Of a DNA stretch of 64,000 bases, positions 36,532-49,496 are shown piece after piece (position 1 is the stretch's first letter; every line of letters begins with the position of its first letter). Origin of the DNA: Stegostoma tigrinum (lineage: Eukaryota); the NCBI RefSeq assembly GCF_030684315.1, contig NC_081395.1, positions 6,121,858-6,185,857 on the forward strand, in the 5' to 3' direction. A model generated the notes under the pieces. That model did no database searches. It was not told where the DNA came from and worked only from the letters and a program-made list of their open reading frames with translations. Made by a program: the position numbers and the translations under genes.

Positions 36532-37916
36532 CTATAGTGAAGAGAAACAAGGGGAATGCAGGGGATAGAATAGGGTGAGAGACAGAAAGAGACAGGAGGG
36601 AAGTTGGGGTGGAGGTGGAATAGAGAGAGAGAGAGAAAAAGAAAGGAAGAGAGGAAAACGGAGTAGGCAGGGAGGGAAGGAGGATAGAAATGGCAAGGGA
36701 GGGAGAAAGAGCGTGAGACAAGGGAATGAGGGGGGGGTGGAAGGGATGGACAGAGGGAGGGAGGGATGGAGGGGATGGAAGGAGAGGAAATGGGAGGTTG
36801 AGGGAGAGGAAGAGGGAGGAGGAAGATGAAATGGGAAAGATGGGGGAGGGGAGAAATGAATAGAGAAGGTGAGGCAGGAGAAAGACAGGGAGACATTAAT
36901 GAGGTTTTAATACTTTATAATGATATAACATATTTGAAATAGCAAACAATCCTAAAGGTCCTCATAGAACGTTGCTAAAGGACCTTCCACACCCAACTAA
37001 ACAGAGGTAACAACTCTTCCAGACACCACGGGTGTGAGTGCCTATGAGCTGGCGGAGGGAGGGAGGAGTGTGTTAGTGGGCGGAATGTGGATTGTGAAAG
37101 GAATTGGGGGTAGAAATAAACAGGATCACCGGCCTCAGGGCCCTGACAGGACTCTCTTCCAGCTTAACCATGTCTCAATACAAGAGGCTACCTCTCAGTG
37201 CCAGGCCGGAGTGGCGGGATACTTGCTTCAATCCATTCCCGGGGCAGGGGAAGATTCACATCGTTGCTGGAGGCCTGGAACAGATTGCTAAGGACTTCCT
37301 CTTCATCCGGTGCAAGCCTTATTGGAATTTTCATACTTTCTCTTCACCTCTTTCACAGGGTACGAGCGTCACTCGTGAAGCCAGCTTTCGATGCCCGCCC
37401 CTAACCGTCCCTGAATGGAGTGTCTCACTTGGACCATTAAGAGTCAATCACGTTGCTGGGGGCCTGGAGTCACATGCTGGGCCAGATCAGGCAAAGACAG
37501 AAAATGTCCTTCCCTAAAGAACATTGTTGACTCAGATGGGAATGTGTGTTCAATATAGAATATAAAAACCAAGACATTGCCACCCAAGATGGGAGATGAG
37601 CCACTGAATATTTTTAAAGGCATAAGAGCGAGGCAAATTAACAAGAACGGGCGAGAATGCAGATTTGAGCCGACAGTCAGCTCAACACTGATATTAGTGA
37701 ATGGGGAACGAGCTCAAAGGGCTGAGTGGCCCACTCCTATTTTGCTTGCACCAGTTCAGACACAGGTTTTGGTTTTCTACTTCTGTGAGAAGAAGGAGGA
37801 ACTCAGTTAACGACAGCAGTGTGATTTTTCTTTTAAGAAAAGGGGACATTTACCCTGTTTGCAATCTCTGCTACAAGACGGTAAGCAAGCAGCCCGACTC
37901 CTTTCTAAACCCTTAC

Positions 37917-38024
37917 CGCTTCGAGAACTCCTCAAAGTCCGACACCAAGTCACAGATACGGAGGCTGGTGCGAGAGGCTTTCGATGCGTACACTGGCCCA
38001 ATGCCTTTCCTAGTGGTCCCCAGG
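37917..38024 (-). CDS. ADSS: Adenylosuccinate synthetase exon 6
   Basis: (N)[35 protein letters not shown](R) (IMP-binding loop); 108 bp. Confidence 0.95.
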
Positions 38025-38165
38025 CTGACGGGAATGGGAAGGCAATAGAGTGAAAAGAAAGAGAGGGAGGGATTAGAACAGGCCAAGGATGGGCCAGTCA
38101 CCTTGTAAAAACACTGCCCACTTCCCTCCAGTCTTAGCCCCAGTCAAGGTATCTGCCGCACTCAC

Positions 38166-38232
38166 TTTTTCCCAGCCAGCTCCTGACGTTGCTGCTCCTG
38201 CACACCGTCCACTGCCTGATGGAAATCAAACA
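38166..38232 (-). CDS. ADSS: Adenylosuccinate synthetase exon 5
   Basis: VFDFHQAVDGVQEQQRQELAGK; 67 bp; phases fit neighbouring exons. Confidence 0.93.
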
Positions 38233-38621
38233 CTGGAAACAAGAAGAGAACAGTCAAGTACACTTACTACCAGGAACTACACAGCACAGAGTCGGGCCAT
38301 TCGGCACATCAGGTCTGTGCCGGGTTCTATGCTTTCTGGTGCTTAGCAGAAGCAATCTCGTTCAGAAGAATGAGGTTTTGAAAGGACTTGGCAAAGTTTG
38401 GCGGGGGGGCGGGGGGGGGGGGGGGCGAAGGTGAAATTGTCCATTTGGCAGGAAGGGTAAAACCAAACGATATAATGTAAACGGAGGGAGATGGTGAGGA
38501 AGCGAAAAGTCCCGGTGCATGAATCACAAAAGGTGAGGATTCAGGGACAGAAGTAATTAGGAAAGCTCATTGAATTTTATGGTCTTTTAAGAGGGGAATT
38601 GAGTACAAAGAGTAGAGAGTA

Positions 38622-38751
38622 GGAGCACATTACTGCAGATGCTGAAATCTGTACTGAAAACAAAACATGCTGGAAATCACAGCGGGTCAGGCAGCATCTG
38701 TGGAGAGAGCAAGTTAACGTTTCGAGTCTAGATAACTCTTCATCAGAGCTC
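38622..38751 (-). mobile_element. Hammerhead-motif mini-element (family C) with near-intact core
   Basis: Minus 38750-38711: AGCU-CUGAUGA-A-GAGU-uaucuag-ACUC-GAAA-CG-UU-AACU; sister core at 57724-57762(+). Confidence 0.75.
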
Positions 38752-39177
38752 TTCTAAGAGGAACTTTAGAGCAGATGTTTCCTCTGATGGGAGAACCTAC
38801 ACCTAGGGGGCACCATTTAAATAGTCAAATTTAAGACACATCGTTTCACAAAGAGATTCACGAGTCTTTGGAATTTTTTTTGTTCATGGAGGGGTGTTGC
38901 TGGTAGAGCCAGCGTTTATTGTATATCCTCAGTTGCATCTTGAGAAGGTGGTAGTGACATGCCTTCCTGAACCACTGCAGTCTATGCTGTGGGTATACAC
39001 ACACAATGCCCTTAGGGAGGGACGTCCAGGATTTTGACCCAGTGACAGTGAAAAAGAATGGTGATTTCTTTAACCCCTCACTTCCCCGCCCCCAAGTCAG
39101 GACGATGAGTGGCTTCAAGGCAAACTTGCAGGAGTTGGCGTTCCTATGCATCTGCTGCCCTTGTCCTTCGAGATTGT

Positions 39178-39497
39178 AGATTAGATTAGATTCCCTTCAG
39201 TGTGGAAACAGGCCCTTCGGCCCAACAAGTCCACACCGCCCCTTGAAGCATCCCACCCAGACCCATCCCGCTATAACCCACACATCCCTGAACACTACGG
39301 GCAATTTAGCACAGCTGATCCACCCAACCTGCACATCTTTGGACTGCAGGAGGAAACCGGAGCACCCGGAGGAAACCCACGCAGATACGGGGAGAATGTG
39401 CAAACTCCGCACGGACAGTCGCCCGAGGCTGGAATCGAACCCAGGTCCCTGGCGCCGTGAGGCTGCAGTGCTAACCGCTGAGCCACCGTGCTGCCCA
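39178..39497 (-). mobile_element. Full-length, CpG-retaining HE1-like SINE
   Basis: Minus strand gggcagcacggtggctcagcggttagcactgcagcctcacggcgccagggacctgggttcgattcc (A/B boxes) ... CR1-like tail with (TCTAA)n. Confidence 0.9.
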
Positions 39498-40801
39498 CAA
39501 AGTTCAGTCTGGTGAGTCTGGACAGTCCCAAGGATCTTTGGTGAATTTCTACAGTGCGTCTAATAGACGGTGCACACTGCTGCTACTGAGCCTTGGTGGA
39601 GGGAGTGAAGATTTGTGGATGTGGTGCCAACCAAGTGGGGCTGCTTTGTCTTGAACGGCATCAAGCTTGTGCTGTTGCTGGAGTTATACTCATCCAGGCA
39701 GGTGGGGAGCCTTGTAGATGGTGGATAGGCTTTTGGAAAATCAGGAGGTGAATTACTCACTGCAAGATTCCTTGCCTAATTACAAACTGTACCTGATTAC
39801 TAATTTCTTGTGATCAGCACGTCAGGACACCCAGAAACCTGCGCATGTGGTTTTGCAACCAGCTCTCACTTCTCACACTATACCCCATCTGCCAGGTGTT
39901 GGGTCAAGCCACCTACCATTTTAAAATCTGTAAATGATGGACTGATGATGTAAGGAAAGGCTGGGCTGGCTAGGTTTGTACATTAGAAGGACAAGTTGAC
40001 CGATAGCTACAAGACCCTGAAGAGGGGTGTCTTGCCAGGATGGACACCCTCTTGTCCAGAGGGTTGAGATTCATGTTTTAAAAATTAATTCTGAGAGATG
40101 TGGGTCTCAATGGCAACGTATCACCTGTCCCTAATTGCCCTCAAACTGAGTGGCTCATTCAGGCTGTTTCAGAGGGCAGTTCAGAATCAAGCAAATCACT
40201 GCTGTCTGGAGTCCCACATAGACCAGGCCAAGTAAGTGTGGCAGATTCCCTTCCCTGATTGACATTAGTGAACCAGATGGGTTATGACCTTCGATGATGG
40301 TTGTCACGTCGCCATCTCTTGAGATCAAGTTTCAATTCCAGAATAATTAATTGGACATCATTTCCACTAGTTGCCCTGGTGGGATTTGAACCAGTGTCTT
40401 TGGGTCTCTGATTACTTTCCACAACACTGCCCTCTTCCTGTTTTTTAGAGCTCTATTCCTCAAAAGGTGCTGGAGACAAAGAGTCCTTGAACATTTTTTT
40501 AAGACAGAGAGAGTTAGATATGTGTTAAGCGTGAGGGATGAAAGGTTATTGTGGTGTCGACAGAAATGTAGAGTCATCAGATCAGATGTGGTCATACTGA
40601 CTGGCAGAGTAATTTGGGGGGCCTAGCCCTGCTCTTGGTTCCTTCGCTCAAAGGCATGTATGAAAATATCATAGTGCACTGAGCACCTTCTGTCCTTAAG
40701 GACACAAACCTGGAGAGAGATAGGTACACACAGAGGAAGCCAATCACATGCAACCCATCCCTCACCCACCAGGGTCTCAAAAACAACAAACATGAACTCA
40801 C

Positions 40802-40852
40802 CAATGTGGGCTCTGTCTGAGATCACGGTCCTCAATTCCCAACCTTCCAAAC
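40802..40852 (-). CDS. ADSS: Adenylosuccinate synthetase exon 4
   Basis: GLEGWELRTVISDRAHI; 51 bp. Confidence 0.93.
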
Positions 40853-42858
40853 CTGTGTGCGTGGGAGAGAGATAAATAACAAAATCTGCCAAGTTCCATA
40901 GCTCGGTGCTCACAAGCTACTCTGGACTGACTCCCGAATAACACACACAATCAACTGCGAGGTGGAAAAGGGAGGAGGTGGCAAGGAGAAATATAGACGG
41001 AAAGGGGGAAGAGAGATGAAAAACAGAAAACAGAGAGAGAGTGCGCGAGGGGGGCTACAATTACTGAATGTGCTCATATAGACAAATTATTGGAGAGCCA
41101 TTGGAAACAGATGCACACAGATAGCGAGACACTCAGGTAGATCTGCAATTCCTCATAACTTCAAAATGAGCAACAGAGAGACATAACTGGTGACCACCCA
41201 GCTGCTGGGTTCTCAGAAAAAAACCACCTGGTTCACTGATGTACCTCAGGCCTACAAGTGACTCCAGACCCATAACAACACAGTTGCCTCTGAACTGCCC
41301 TGTGGAAAGGCCAAACAAGACACTTGGTTGGATTGAAGTGTTGGGAAGGTCACTGTGGGTGAACCTTCATCATGTGCTTCATAGGTGCTCAAGGTGGCAG
41401 ATCAGACCCAGCAGCCCAAGGGACAATTAGGATGGACAACAAAATGCTGGGCCTAGCCAGCAATGTTCACTTCTGAGCAATGAACGGGAGAGGAAAGATA
41501 CATTGGTAGGAATGTCCCAGAGCAGGGACAGAAGCCAGACTGTGGGTCAACACAGGTCCTTTCAGACAGATGGTCTCCTCCAAACTCTCCTGAATCTCTC
41601 AAGAACTACAAACATCTGGTGACGGGGAGCTAAAAGGCTGGGAGCAGCACAGAGAGTTGTTTGCAGGAAGCAGGACTCCGAGGACAGGCAGGCCTTGTTT
41701 ATTGGAGATTAGAAGAACGCAAGATGATTTCATTGAAAAATGCAACTTCCTGAGGAGACTCGACAAGGTGGGAGTAGCAGGAAATTTCCTTTTGTGGCAG
41801 TAAGGAGAGGGGTCGTTAGAACTAGAACTTTTTTTTTCTTTATTCGTTCATGGGATGAGGGCATCACTGGCTAGACAGCATTTATTGCCCACCCCTAATT
41901 GCCTGGAGGGCAGTTAAGAGTGAACCACATTGCTGTGGGTCTGGAGTCACACGTAGCTCAGACCAAGTAAGGATGGCAGTTTCCTTCTCTAAAAGATAGT
42001 GAACCAGATGGGTTCTTCCAACAATCGACAATGGATTCACGGTCATCATTAGATTCTTAATTCCAGATATTTATTGAATTCAAATTCCAACATCTGCCAC
42101 GGCAGAATTTGAACCTGGGCCCTAGGGTGTTATCTGGGTCACTGGATTAACAGTCCAGCAACAATACCACTAGGCCATAATCTTTTCGAACGGAGGAGCA
42201 GGCTCAAGGGGCTGAGTGGCCGACTCCTACTCATCAAGTCCTATATTAGTGTTCTCTGTAAGCTGCACAGCCGCACCAGATGGTCCTGCAAATGCAGATC
42301 ACTGTGCCGACACATCTGAAAACCACTTGCTGGACGGCGTTCCAGAAACCGAATACATCTGTGCAGCTGAGAAGCAAAATTGGGGGAAAACGTTGCTACA
42401 TTCCCTCAGCGAGGAACGCAAGTAACCACTCAGGGGAGCAGGAATCATCACAGGTTTAGTCCAGCCAATGAAGTCTACTGGCGCAGGGAGCAAGGGAAAT
42501 GAACCAACGCACAAACCTGCATTTGTATACTGCGTTTAACATTACAAAAGACTCTTTACAGGAACATTAACAAACAGCACGTGACCCAGATTCACGGTGC
42601 ATGTAGGAAGGAGACGCAACCAAACGCTGGGTTAATAAGCTCAGTCTTGAGGAACATCTTAGAGGTGAGAACGTGAAGTAAAGGAGAGAGGTTTGAGGCG
42701 ACAGAGACAGGAAGGGGCACAAGAGGCAGGAGGTGGCGGTGACACAGACAGGGAGAGTAGGAAGTACGTAGAGATTTGAAAATAAAGAAAGGGATCTGTA
42801 AACATCAACAAGAGACAGTCAGACCATCTGCACAGGTTCACAGTCAGCATCCTCTCAC

Positions 42859-42927
42859 CTTTGCCCTTCCGGAGGTTTTCCTCAGCTTCCTCGAAGAGTC
42901 CTGGGATGTGGATAACCACCCCATTGC
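42859..42927 (-). CDS. ADSS: Adenylosuccinate synthetase exon 3
   Basis: [23 protein letters not shown]; 69 bp. Confidence 0.94.
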
Positions 42928-44002
42928 CTGGAAACACAAGAACTGCAATCAACAGCTGCCTACAAAACCACTGGGGCCCATTCAAACCTCACGAGCCTCT
43001 CCCATCCCTTGGATCCCACAGGCACAGGTCTACACAGGGGTGCTGGGGCTGTCAAGACCCCAATACAGTCCACCAACATTGGCTGGTCAACACTGCCTTG
43101 GAACAGCTTGGCCTCCTTCCCCAGCAGCCTCCATCCTTAATACTAGGCAGCAGACTGTCAAACCGTTGTGAGCAAACACCCATCTGAACAAGAGTCCAGA
43201 TATTAACACTTCACAGCCCTTGTACTGAAAGGCTGATCCTGGAAAACAGACAGACAGTCGGGAACAGGCTCCATGTGGAGACACCAGAAACCGCTTATAA
43301 ATTCAAACCCTAATCAGGATAAATGTCTTTCTGAAAGCAAGAGTTTGGAGAACACAGCTGGGCACAGTTTGATGAGCAGCTGCCAAGTAAAGCACACAGA
43401 GGAAGTGAAATCTAAGTCTCGTTTCCCCAAGGACGCTGTTGAGACTGCGTGGAAAATAAAAGGCAAAATAAAATCAATTAAAACAAAAGACAAAAACAGC
43501 CCAGTATTATATAGGGGATAGCAAGGAGGTAAAGGGTTTGAGCAGAATAACCCACAGTTTGCAGAATTGAGAGTCTGCAATTACGTAGGACAGATTTCAG
43601 ATAGCAAGAAATGATAAAGAAAAACACAACACTTTTCCCTTTGATAAGCTGACTGGCAGTGAAGGAAAAGGAGAATCTGAGTCTCTAATTTGTTGAGATA
43701 AGGTGAAACTAAGTGTTTAAGACTACCAAAGATAAGGTAGGGTCTCCAAGTAGTTTTGGGTCATAAATCAAAACCAGTTATACCTTAGATTTTGTTCCTA
43801 GAAGCTTTGTACCCAAGATGATGCCAGAAATGGTGACTTTGTACAGTTTTCCCTGTACTTGAGTACATGAGACAATAAAGCTAATTATAACTAATAAACC
43901 TTGAATATATAGAGCTCCAAGACACTGACTGGGGTCACTCTCCAGTCAAGATCCTGAGGTTAGGGGTCAAGTTTGCACATTCTGACCAATCAGGATATTA
44001 CA

Positions 44003-44345
44003 CAGGCAGCACCGGAGCTCAGTGGTTAGCACTGCTCCCTCAGTGTGCCAGGGACCTGGGTTCAATTACACCCTCAGGTGCCTGCATGCAGTTTGCACAT
44101 CCTCCCCATGTCCGCGTGGGTTTCCTCCGGATGCTCTGGTTTCCTCCCACAGTCCAAAGAAGTGTAGATTAGGTGGGTTGGCCGTGCTAAATTTCCCATA
44201 ATATCTAAGGATGTGCAGGCTAGGTGGATTAGGCATGGGAAATGCTGGGTTACAGGGATAGGGTGGATCTGGTTGGAATGCTCCTCAGAGAGTCAGCGTG
44301 AACTTGATGGAATGAATGGCCTGCTTCGACATGTCAGGATTCTAC
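44003..44345 (+). mobile_element. HE1-like SINE
   Basis: ggcagcaccggagctcagtggttagcactgct...gggttcaatt; same body as 39178-39497. Confidence 0.85.
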
Positions 44346-44504
44346 GCCAGGCCTTTTATGATAATTAGAAAGCTAGGAATTTAAACTACAGTTTAGTATT
44401 GTTGAGAAAAGATGTCAACTTTCTACTGATTTCAGGGACTAAATATTCAGCTTTGAATACGTTTATCCCATTTAAGTGTGGCAAGGTTTTTTTTTAATAT
44501 TAAA

Positions 44505-44695
44505 AAAAAACGGAAGTTGCTGAAAAAGATCATCAGACCTGGCAGCATCTGTGAAGAAAAATCTGAGGAAGGGTCACCAGACTCTAAACGTTACCTGATT
44601 TTTCTTCAGAGATGCTGCAGGATATGCTGAGCTTTTCCAGCAACTTCCGTTTTTGTTCCTGATTTAACAGCATCCGCAGTTCTTTTGGTTTTTAT
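44505..44695. mobile_element. Fold-back hammerhead-motif mini-element (family B)
   Basis: aaaaacggaagttgctgaaaaag is the inverse of cttttccagcaacttccgttttt; core ctgaggaagggtcaccagactctaaacgtt at 44563; about 39-nt tail. Confidence 0.75.
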
Positions 44696-44974
44696 TTTGT
44701 ATTTTTTTTTAAAAAAACAAATTGTTTGAGCTCTTGAGCAGCCAAGTTTAAACATGTAGCTAGAAGTTGGAATATGTTAACATGCACCTCAGCCAGCAAC
44801 AGGTAGTTTGGAATTGGGCACAAATTTGTACATTTTGTGTTTAAAGGTCATGGCTATTTGCAACTCAATGGAGAGCTTTTGAGCTTCTCCTTGCGTGCAC
44901 GTGAGTAAACTTGTGTCGACTCTTATTTGACACAGCCTTTCAGGGGCCAGTCGAAAAAGTGGAGGCAAATGGAG

Positions 44975-45193
44975 AATGCTGGAGAAACTCAGCATGTCTG
45001 GCAGCATCTCTGGAGAGAGAAAGAAAGAAAGAAAGAAAGAAGGAAAGTTAACATTTCAAGTTCAGGATGACTGTTCTTCAGAATTGCAGATCTGAAGAGT
45101 CATCCCAGACTTGAAACACTAATTCTCTTTTTCCACAGATCCTGCTGAGTGTCTCCAGCATTCTCAATGTTTGTTTCAGATTTCCAGCATCTG
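44975..45193. mobile_element. Older fold-back hammerhead-motif mini-element with internal (GAAA)n
   Basis: aatgctggagaaactcagca is the inverse of tgctgagtgtctccagcatt; back-to-back degenerate cores around 45050-45120. Confidence 0.65.
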
Positions 45194-45879
45194 GTGGCAG
45201 AGGTCTAGCGGTCGCAGCAAGTTAGCAGCGAATCGTGGCTTTGGAAATGAAGGCCGACCTATCTTAAGACACAGAAGTTTCCCATTCTGCTTGGCTGTTT
45301 CTTGTATTTCTGCTTTTGTTTTTGTTTTAATTCTGCTTTTTGTGTCTAAAATTGTTGATTTGGTTGTTTCTGAGATGGTTGTTACTGTTAATTCTAGTTT
45401 TTTGTTCCTCATAAAGGTGAGAGGATGGCAACTCTGTACACTTCACTGTACTTCTGTTTCCCTGTACTTGAATACGTGAGACAATAAAATCTAATTCTAG
45501 TTCTAAGTGAAGAAGTGGGAGGTTTGTTTGAGCTGGCATACAGGCCAGAGGAAAAGCTGTAAAGACCATGTTGTTTTATTTTGTTATTTTACAATTGTAA
45601 CTGAAATGAGAGAGAGAGAGAAGTTTTACACCCACTGCTTTGAAAGGATGGCAGCAAGGCTTGAAAGCAAGTAACCTGAAACTCCTGTCCAGCATTGTAA
45701 ATAGATGTTTGAACAATCAGTAACCAAGTGGCTGCAGATGAACCAGAGCCAAGGGGTTTTGTACTCTGACACAGGTCTGGTTGGTAACATAAAGTTGATG
45801 GGTTTATAGAATAGTGACCAGGTATCAATGACAAAGGTCTCCTGCCTGCCAAAATCTGAGAGTTTGGTTTTCTCACAGA

Positions 45880-46152
45880 ACTCCTACGAAGTGTGGAAAC
45901 AGGTCCTTCGGCCCAACAAGTTCACACTGTCCATTAGAATGTCTCACCCAGACCCATCCCCCTTTAATACATCCCTGAACATTCTGGGCAATTTAGTATG
46001 GCCAATCCACCTAGCCTGCACATCTTTAGGCTGTGGGAGGAAACCAGAGCACTCGGAGGAAACCCGCACAGACACAGGGTGGAGGGTGGAATCGAAGCCG
46101 GGTCCCTGACATTGTGAGGCAGCAGTACTAATCAATGAGCCACGGTCCTGCC
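45880..46152 (-). mobile_element. HE1-like SINE
   Basis: Homologous to 39178-39497, more diverged. Confidence 0.8.
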
Positions 46153-46557
46153 ATTCTCACGTAACTGAACAGTTTGGGTTGGCAACAAGTTACAGGATCT
46201 CTACCAGCACAGGAACAGTCTCTCTGTTCTCTGCAGGCAAAATCTACTTTAATCATCTCCCCTTTGATAGCTGTTCTAGGCTGAGGGTATAAGTCAGAGA
46301 CCTTTCACATGTAAACCAGCCACCCTGTGTCCCTTGCAAACAAGTGGTAGCATCCAGAGAATGACAACTGAAAAGCAACATTCTAACCAGGAAAGATCAT
46401 CTCAGCAACCCATGAATAGGAATGTGTCAACTGCCTTCCCAGTTTTCCTTCAAACACAAACTATTTTTTTCCTTTTGCTTGTCTGAGACCGTGCATGAGG
46501 TGAAGTTTATAGGGGATTACGGTCTTAATTGTTGCATTATATGCTGATGGTTTATAA

Positions 46558-46735
46558 TAAAAACCAAAAGAATGCAGATGCTGTAGATCAGAAACAAAAA
46601 CAGGAATTGCTGAAAAAGCTCAGCAGGTCTGGCAGCATCTGTGGACAGAAAGCACAGTTAATGTTTCAGATTGAGTGACCCTTCCTCAGATGCTGCCAGA
46701 CCTGCTGAGCTTTTCCAGCAATTTCTATTTTTGTT
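46558..46735. mobile_element. Fold-back mini-element (family B)
   Basis: aattgctgaaaaagctcagcaggtctggcagcatct is the inverse of agatgctgccagacctgctgagcttttccagcaatt; degenerate core gacccttcctcag at the centre. Confidence 0.75.
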
Positions 46736-48030
46736 AGAAATGTTTACAGACTAATTTGTGGTAATAAATGGTAATTCTTGTTAAATAGAGAAACCTAGTC
46801 CATGCTTTTTGTCACCCTAGGTCTTAAAAAAGGCAAATTGAGCAATTCTATGTACGTACTTAATCTTTAACCTTTGTGGCATTGCTCGATCTTCAACGTG
46901 CTACCCCCAGCAAGGTGTGACAAAGCAGATGGCATTAACACAGGACCTTGCATGCAACTGTCCACCTCTAACCCCACAATAATTTCTCACAAGACCTACA
47001 GCATCAGTCCCCCAATGCAGTCACACAACAGCAGTGTGTGCTTTTGTATGATCAGTTTGGGAGTGGCATATGTTAAACGAAGACTATGGGGTTTGGAGGG
47101 AGAGATGAGTATCCAGGCATCTGTATTTTTTGATCTGCCTTTTTGTAATGAATATCTTTGTGCTTTAAAAGGGTATAAAGTCAGCCTCATAAGTGAAAAA
47201 AAAAACATTTTTTGCTAATTGTTTCAGAATAGGTCTGGTTACAATAATTTTTTTTTGTTGATGATGAAACCTGGTGAATTTGCTTTTGTCCTGAATGCAG
47301 TTTGTCAGGTAAGTTGATCACCTCAGTAGTTTTTAAACACTGAGTGGTACCATCTCGGTGGTAGATGGACATTTGGAACAGTTTGTGGATTAATGTGACT
47401 CGGTTATCAGGTCGTATATCAACAGTTCCGTTGTTTTACTTGTGGCTAAAGTTGGTAACAAAGTAATTCTTCCAACTAATACAACTCTTCCCAACTGAGT
47501 CAGGATATCCATTTGTCTTACCAAGGGAGGACAGTGGAGTTTCACCCGACCAATCCCTGGGACAACAGAACTGTCCCATGAGGAGAGATTGAGACTGGGC
47601 TTCTATTCTCCAGAGTTTCAAAGTGACAGGTGATCCAATTGTTGAAATACAGAAAGGAGGCTCTCCCCAGGGGTTTTTTTGTTGTGATGAGGCATGTCAA
47701 GGGACAAAAAAGGTATAGAACCAGCTGAGTCTCAGGATAAGAGCTTGGCCATTTAGGACTGAAAGGAGGCATTTCTTCACTCAGGGTGGGAAATCGTGGA
47801 AATTTTCTACCCCAGAGGGGCAGTGGAGGCTCAGATGTTGAGTATGTTCAAGACAGAGATCAATAGGTTTCTAGATAACAGAGATATCAGGGGATAGTGT
47901 GAGGTAATGATCCTACTGAATGGTAGAGTGGGCTCCCTTTTCTTGTGCAAGAAAGCTCACCTCAAACTGTTAGCATTTCAATCCTACACACTGTTTTATA
48001 AAACATTGTGCTGCAGTGATGAGCACTCAC

Positions 48031-48133
48031 CAATGAAGGATGTGGCATTCTTGTTGATCACTCCACTGGGCAAGAGGTGGAAGTTATACTCCACAGAATC
48101 CACCACAATGGTGTGTCCTGCATTGTTCCCACC
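48031..48133 (-). CDS. ADSS: Adenylosuccinate synthetase exon 2
   Basis: [34 protein letters not shown] (catalytic His of GHT); 103 bp. Confidence 0.95.
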
Positions 48134-49089
48134 CTGAAAGGGGAGAAAGCAGAAGCAAGAATTGTTAAACATAGGTACAGTCATCACGTCTGGGAATAGG
48201 ATGTGCTCAATAATCCTATAGTAGGATTCCTGTAGCTCTTGAAGATGTTGCTTCAGGAACAGAGGTCACTCAATTTTCCCAATCTCTTCTTTTCCTTCTC
48301 TGTGCCCACTTCCTTCATCCTTCGCCAGATTGAAGTTTTCCCCCATTGAAGGGTGACCTACCAACAGGAGTGTTGCTCCTTCTGCCCTCAGGCTTAACAC
48401 TGGACAGTTAGACACAACAGATGTACATCTTTCACATGACTGAAGAGGTATCAATGAGATCTGTCACAGCTCTTCAGCCTGACTGCCACTGACAGGGCAC
48501 TGCCTACCTTTCCCAGTTAGAAGAGCATTTGCAGAGCTGCTGCACCAGGCACTGCTCAAACAAAGTGGGTGGGTGGGTGGGTGGGTGGGTGGGTAAGGGA
48601 GTTCCAGACAGCAACTGCTACTGGTGCCAGGAATACTTGTGGAAGGAGCTAGCAGTGACAAAAGAATCAACCATGAGCAGCATTGCAGCCCGATGCTAAC
48701 GTTGCTGCTCTGACCACCGTCAGGCACAAGAGGTACTGAGGTGGCCTCTTTTTGACAGGGATGCTACGAGGGAGAGAAGAGCGAAACCATACTGCTCACC
48801 ATCCCCAGTAAGAAGCCTGTCCACGGGATTGACCATGATTGGACAAGGGAGGCCTGCTGCCTTGGAGATGTTGCAAAGGACATAATGACCCCGGAATACC
48901 TTCTGCATATATTATGCAAAGGAAGTGATTACCTCACAATGACCACTACATAAATTTAATAAATGAGGTCGCCTCACAATACCCTCTGCATATGTTATAC
49001 AAATTAGGCAACGACCTCACAATAACTCTGCATACATTATGCAGATCCGGTGACCACCTGACAATATTAAAGAACTGCAGACACTGGAA

Positions 49090-49177
49090 ATGAAGGGTCT
49101 GGTCCCAAAGCGTCAGCCTTTGTGCTCCTGAGATGCCGCTTGGCCTGCTGTGTCCATCCAGCCCCACACTTTGTTAT
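49090..49177 (+). mobile_element. Single-arm family A mini-element
   Basis: atgaagggtctggtcccaaagcgtcagcc...ccacactttgttat. Confidence 0.75.
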
Positions 49178-49496
49178 GACAAAATAAAAGGGAACTGCTT
49201 TGAATACTCAGCAGGTCCAGCAACATCTACAGGCAGTAAGCAGAGTAAATAAAGTAACAGCCTGACAACGTCCTCTGCATATATTAGGGTATGTTACAGA
49301 GCATAGAATAGCACAGGAACAGGCCCTTCGGCCCACCATGTGCGTGCTGACCACGATGCCCTCGTAATCCAATCCCATCTCCTTGCACGTGGTCTGTACC
49401 ATTCTAGCCCCTGCTCATTGATGTGTCTGGACAAGTGTCTCTTGAGCGCCGTACTGGAATGATGTCTCTCTATGAAGGCTGCTCCTTCCCTCTCAC

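Noticed and set aside
39400-39497. tRNA gene
   Set aside because: A/B-box head continues into a SINE body and LINE-like tail, and recurs at 21.5, 44.0 and 46.1 kb.
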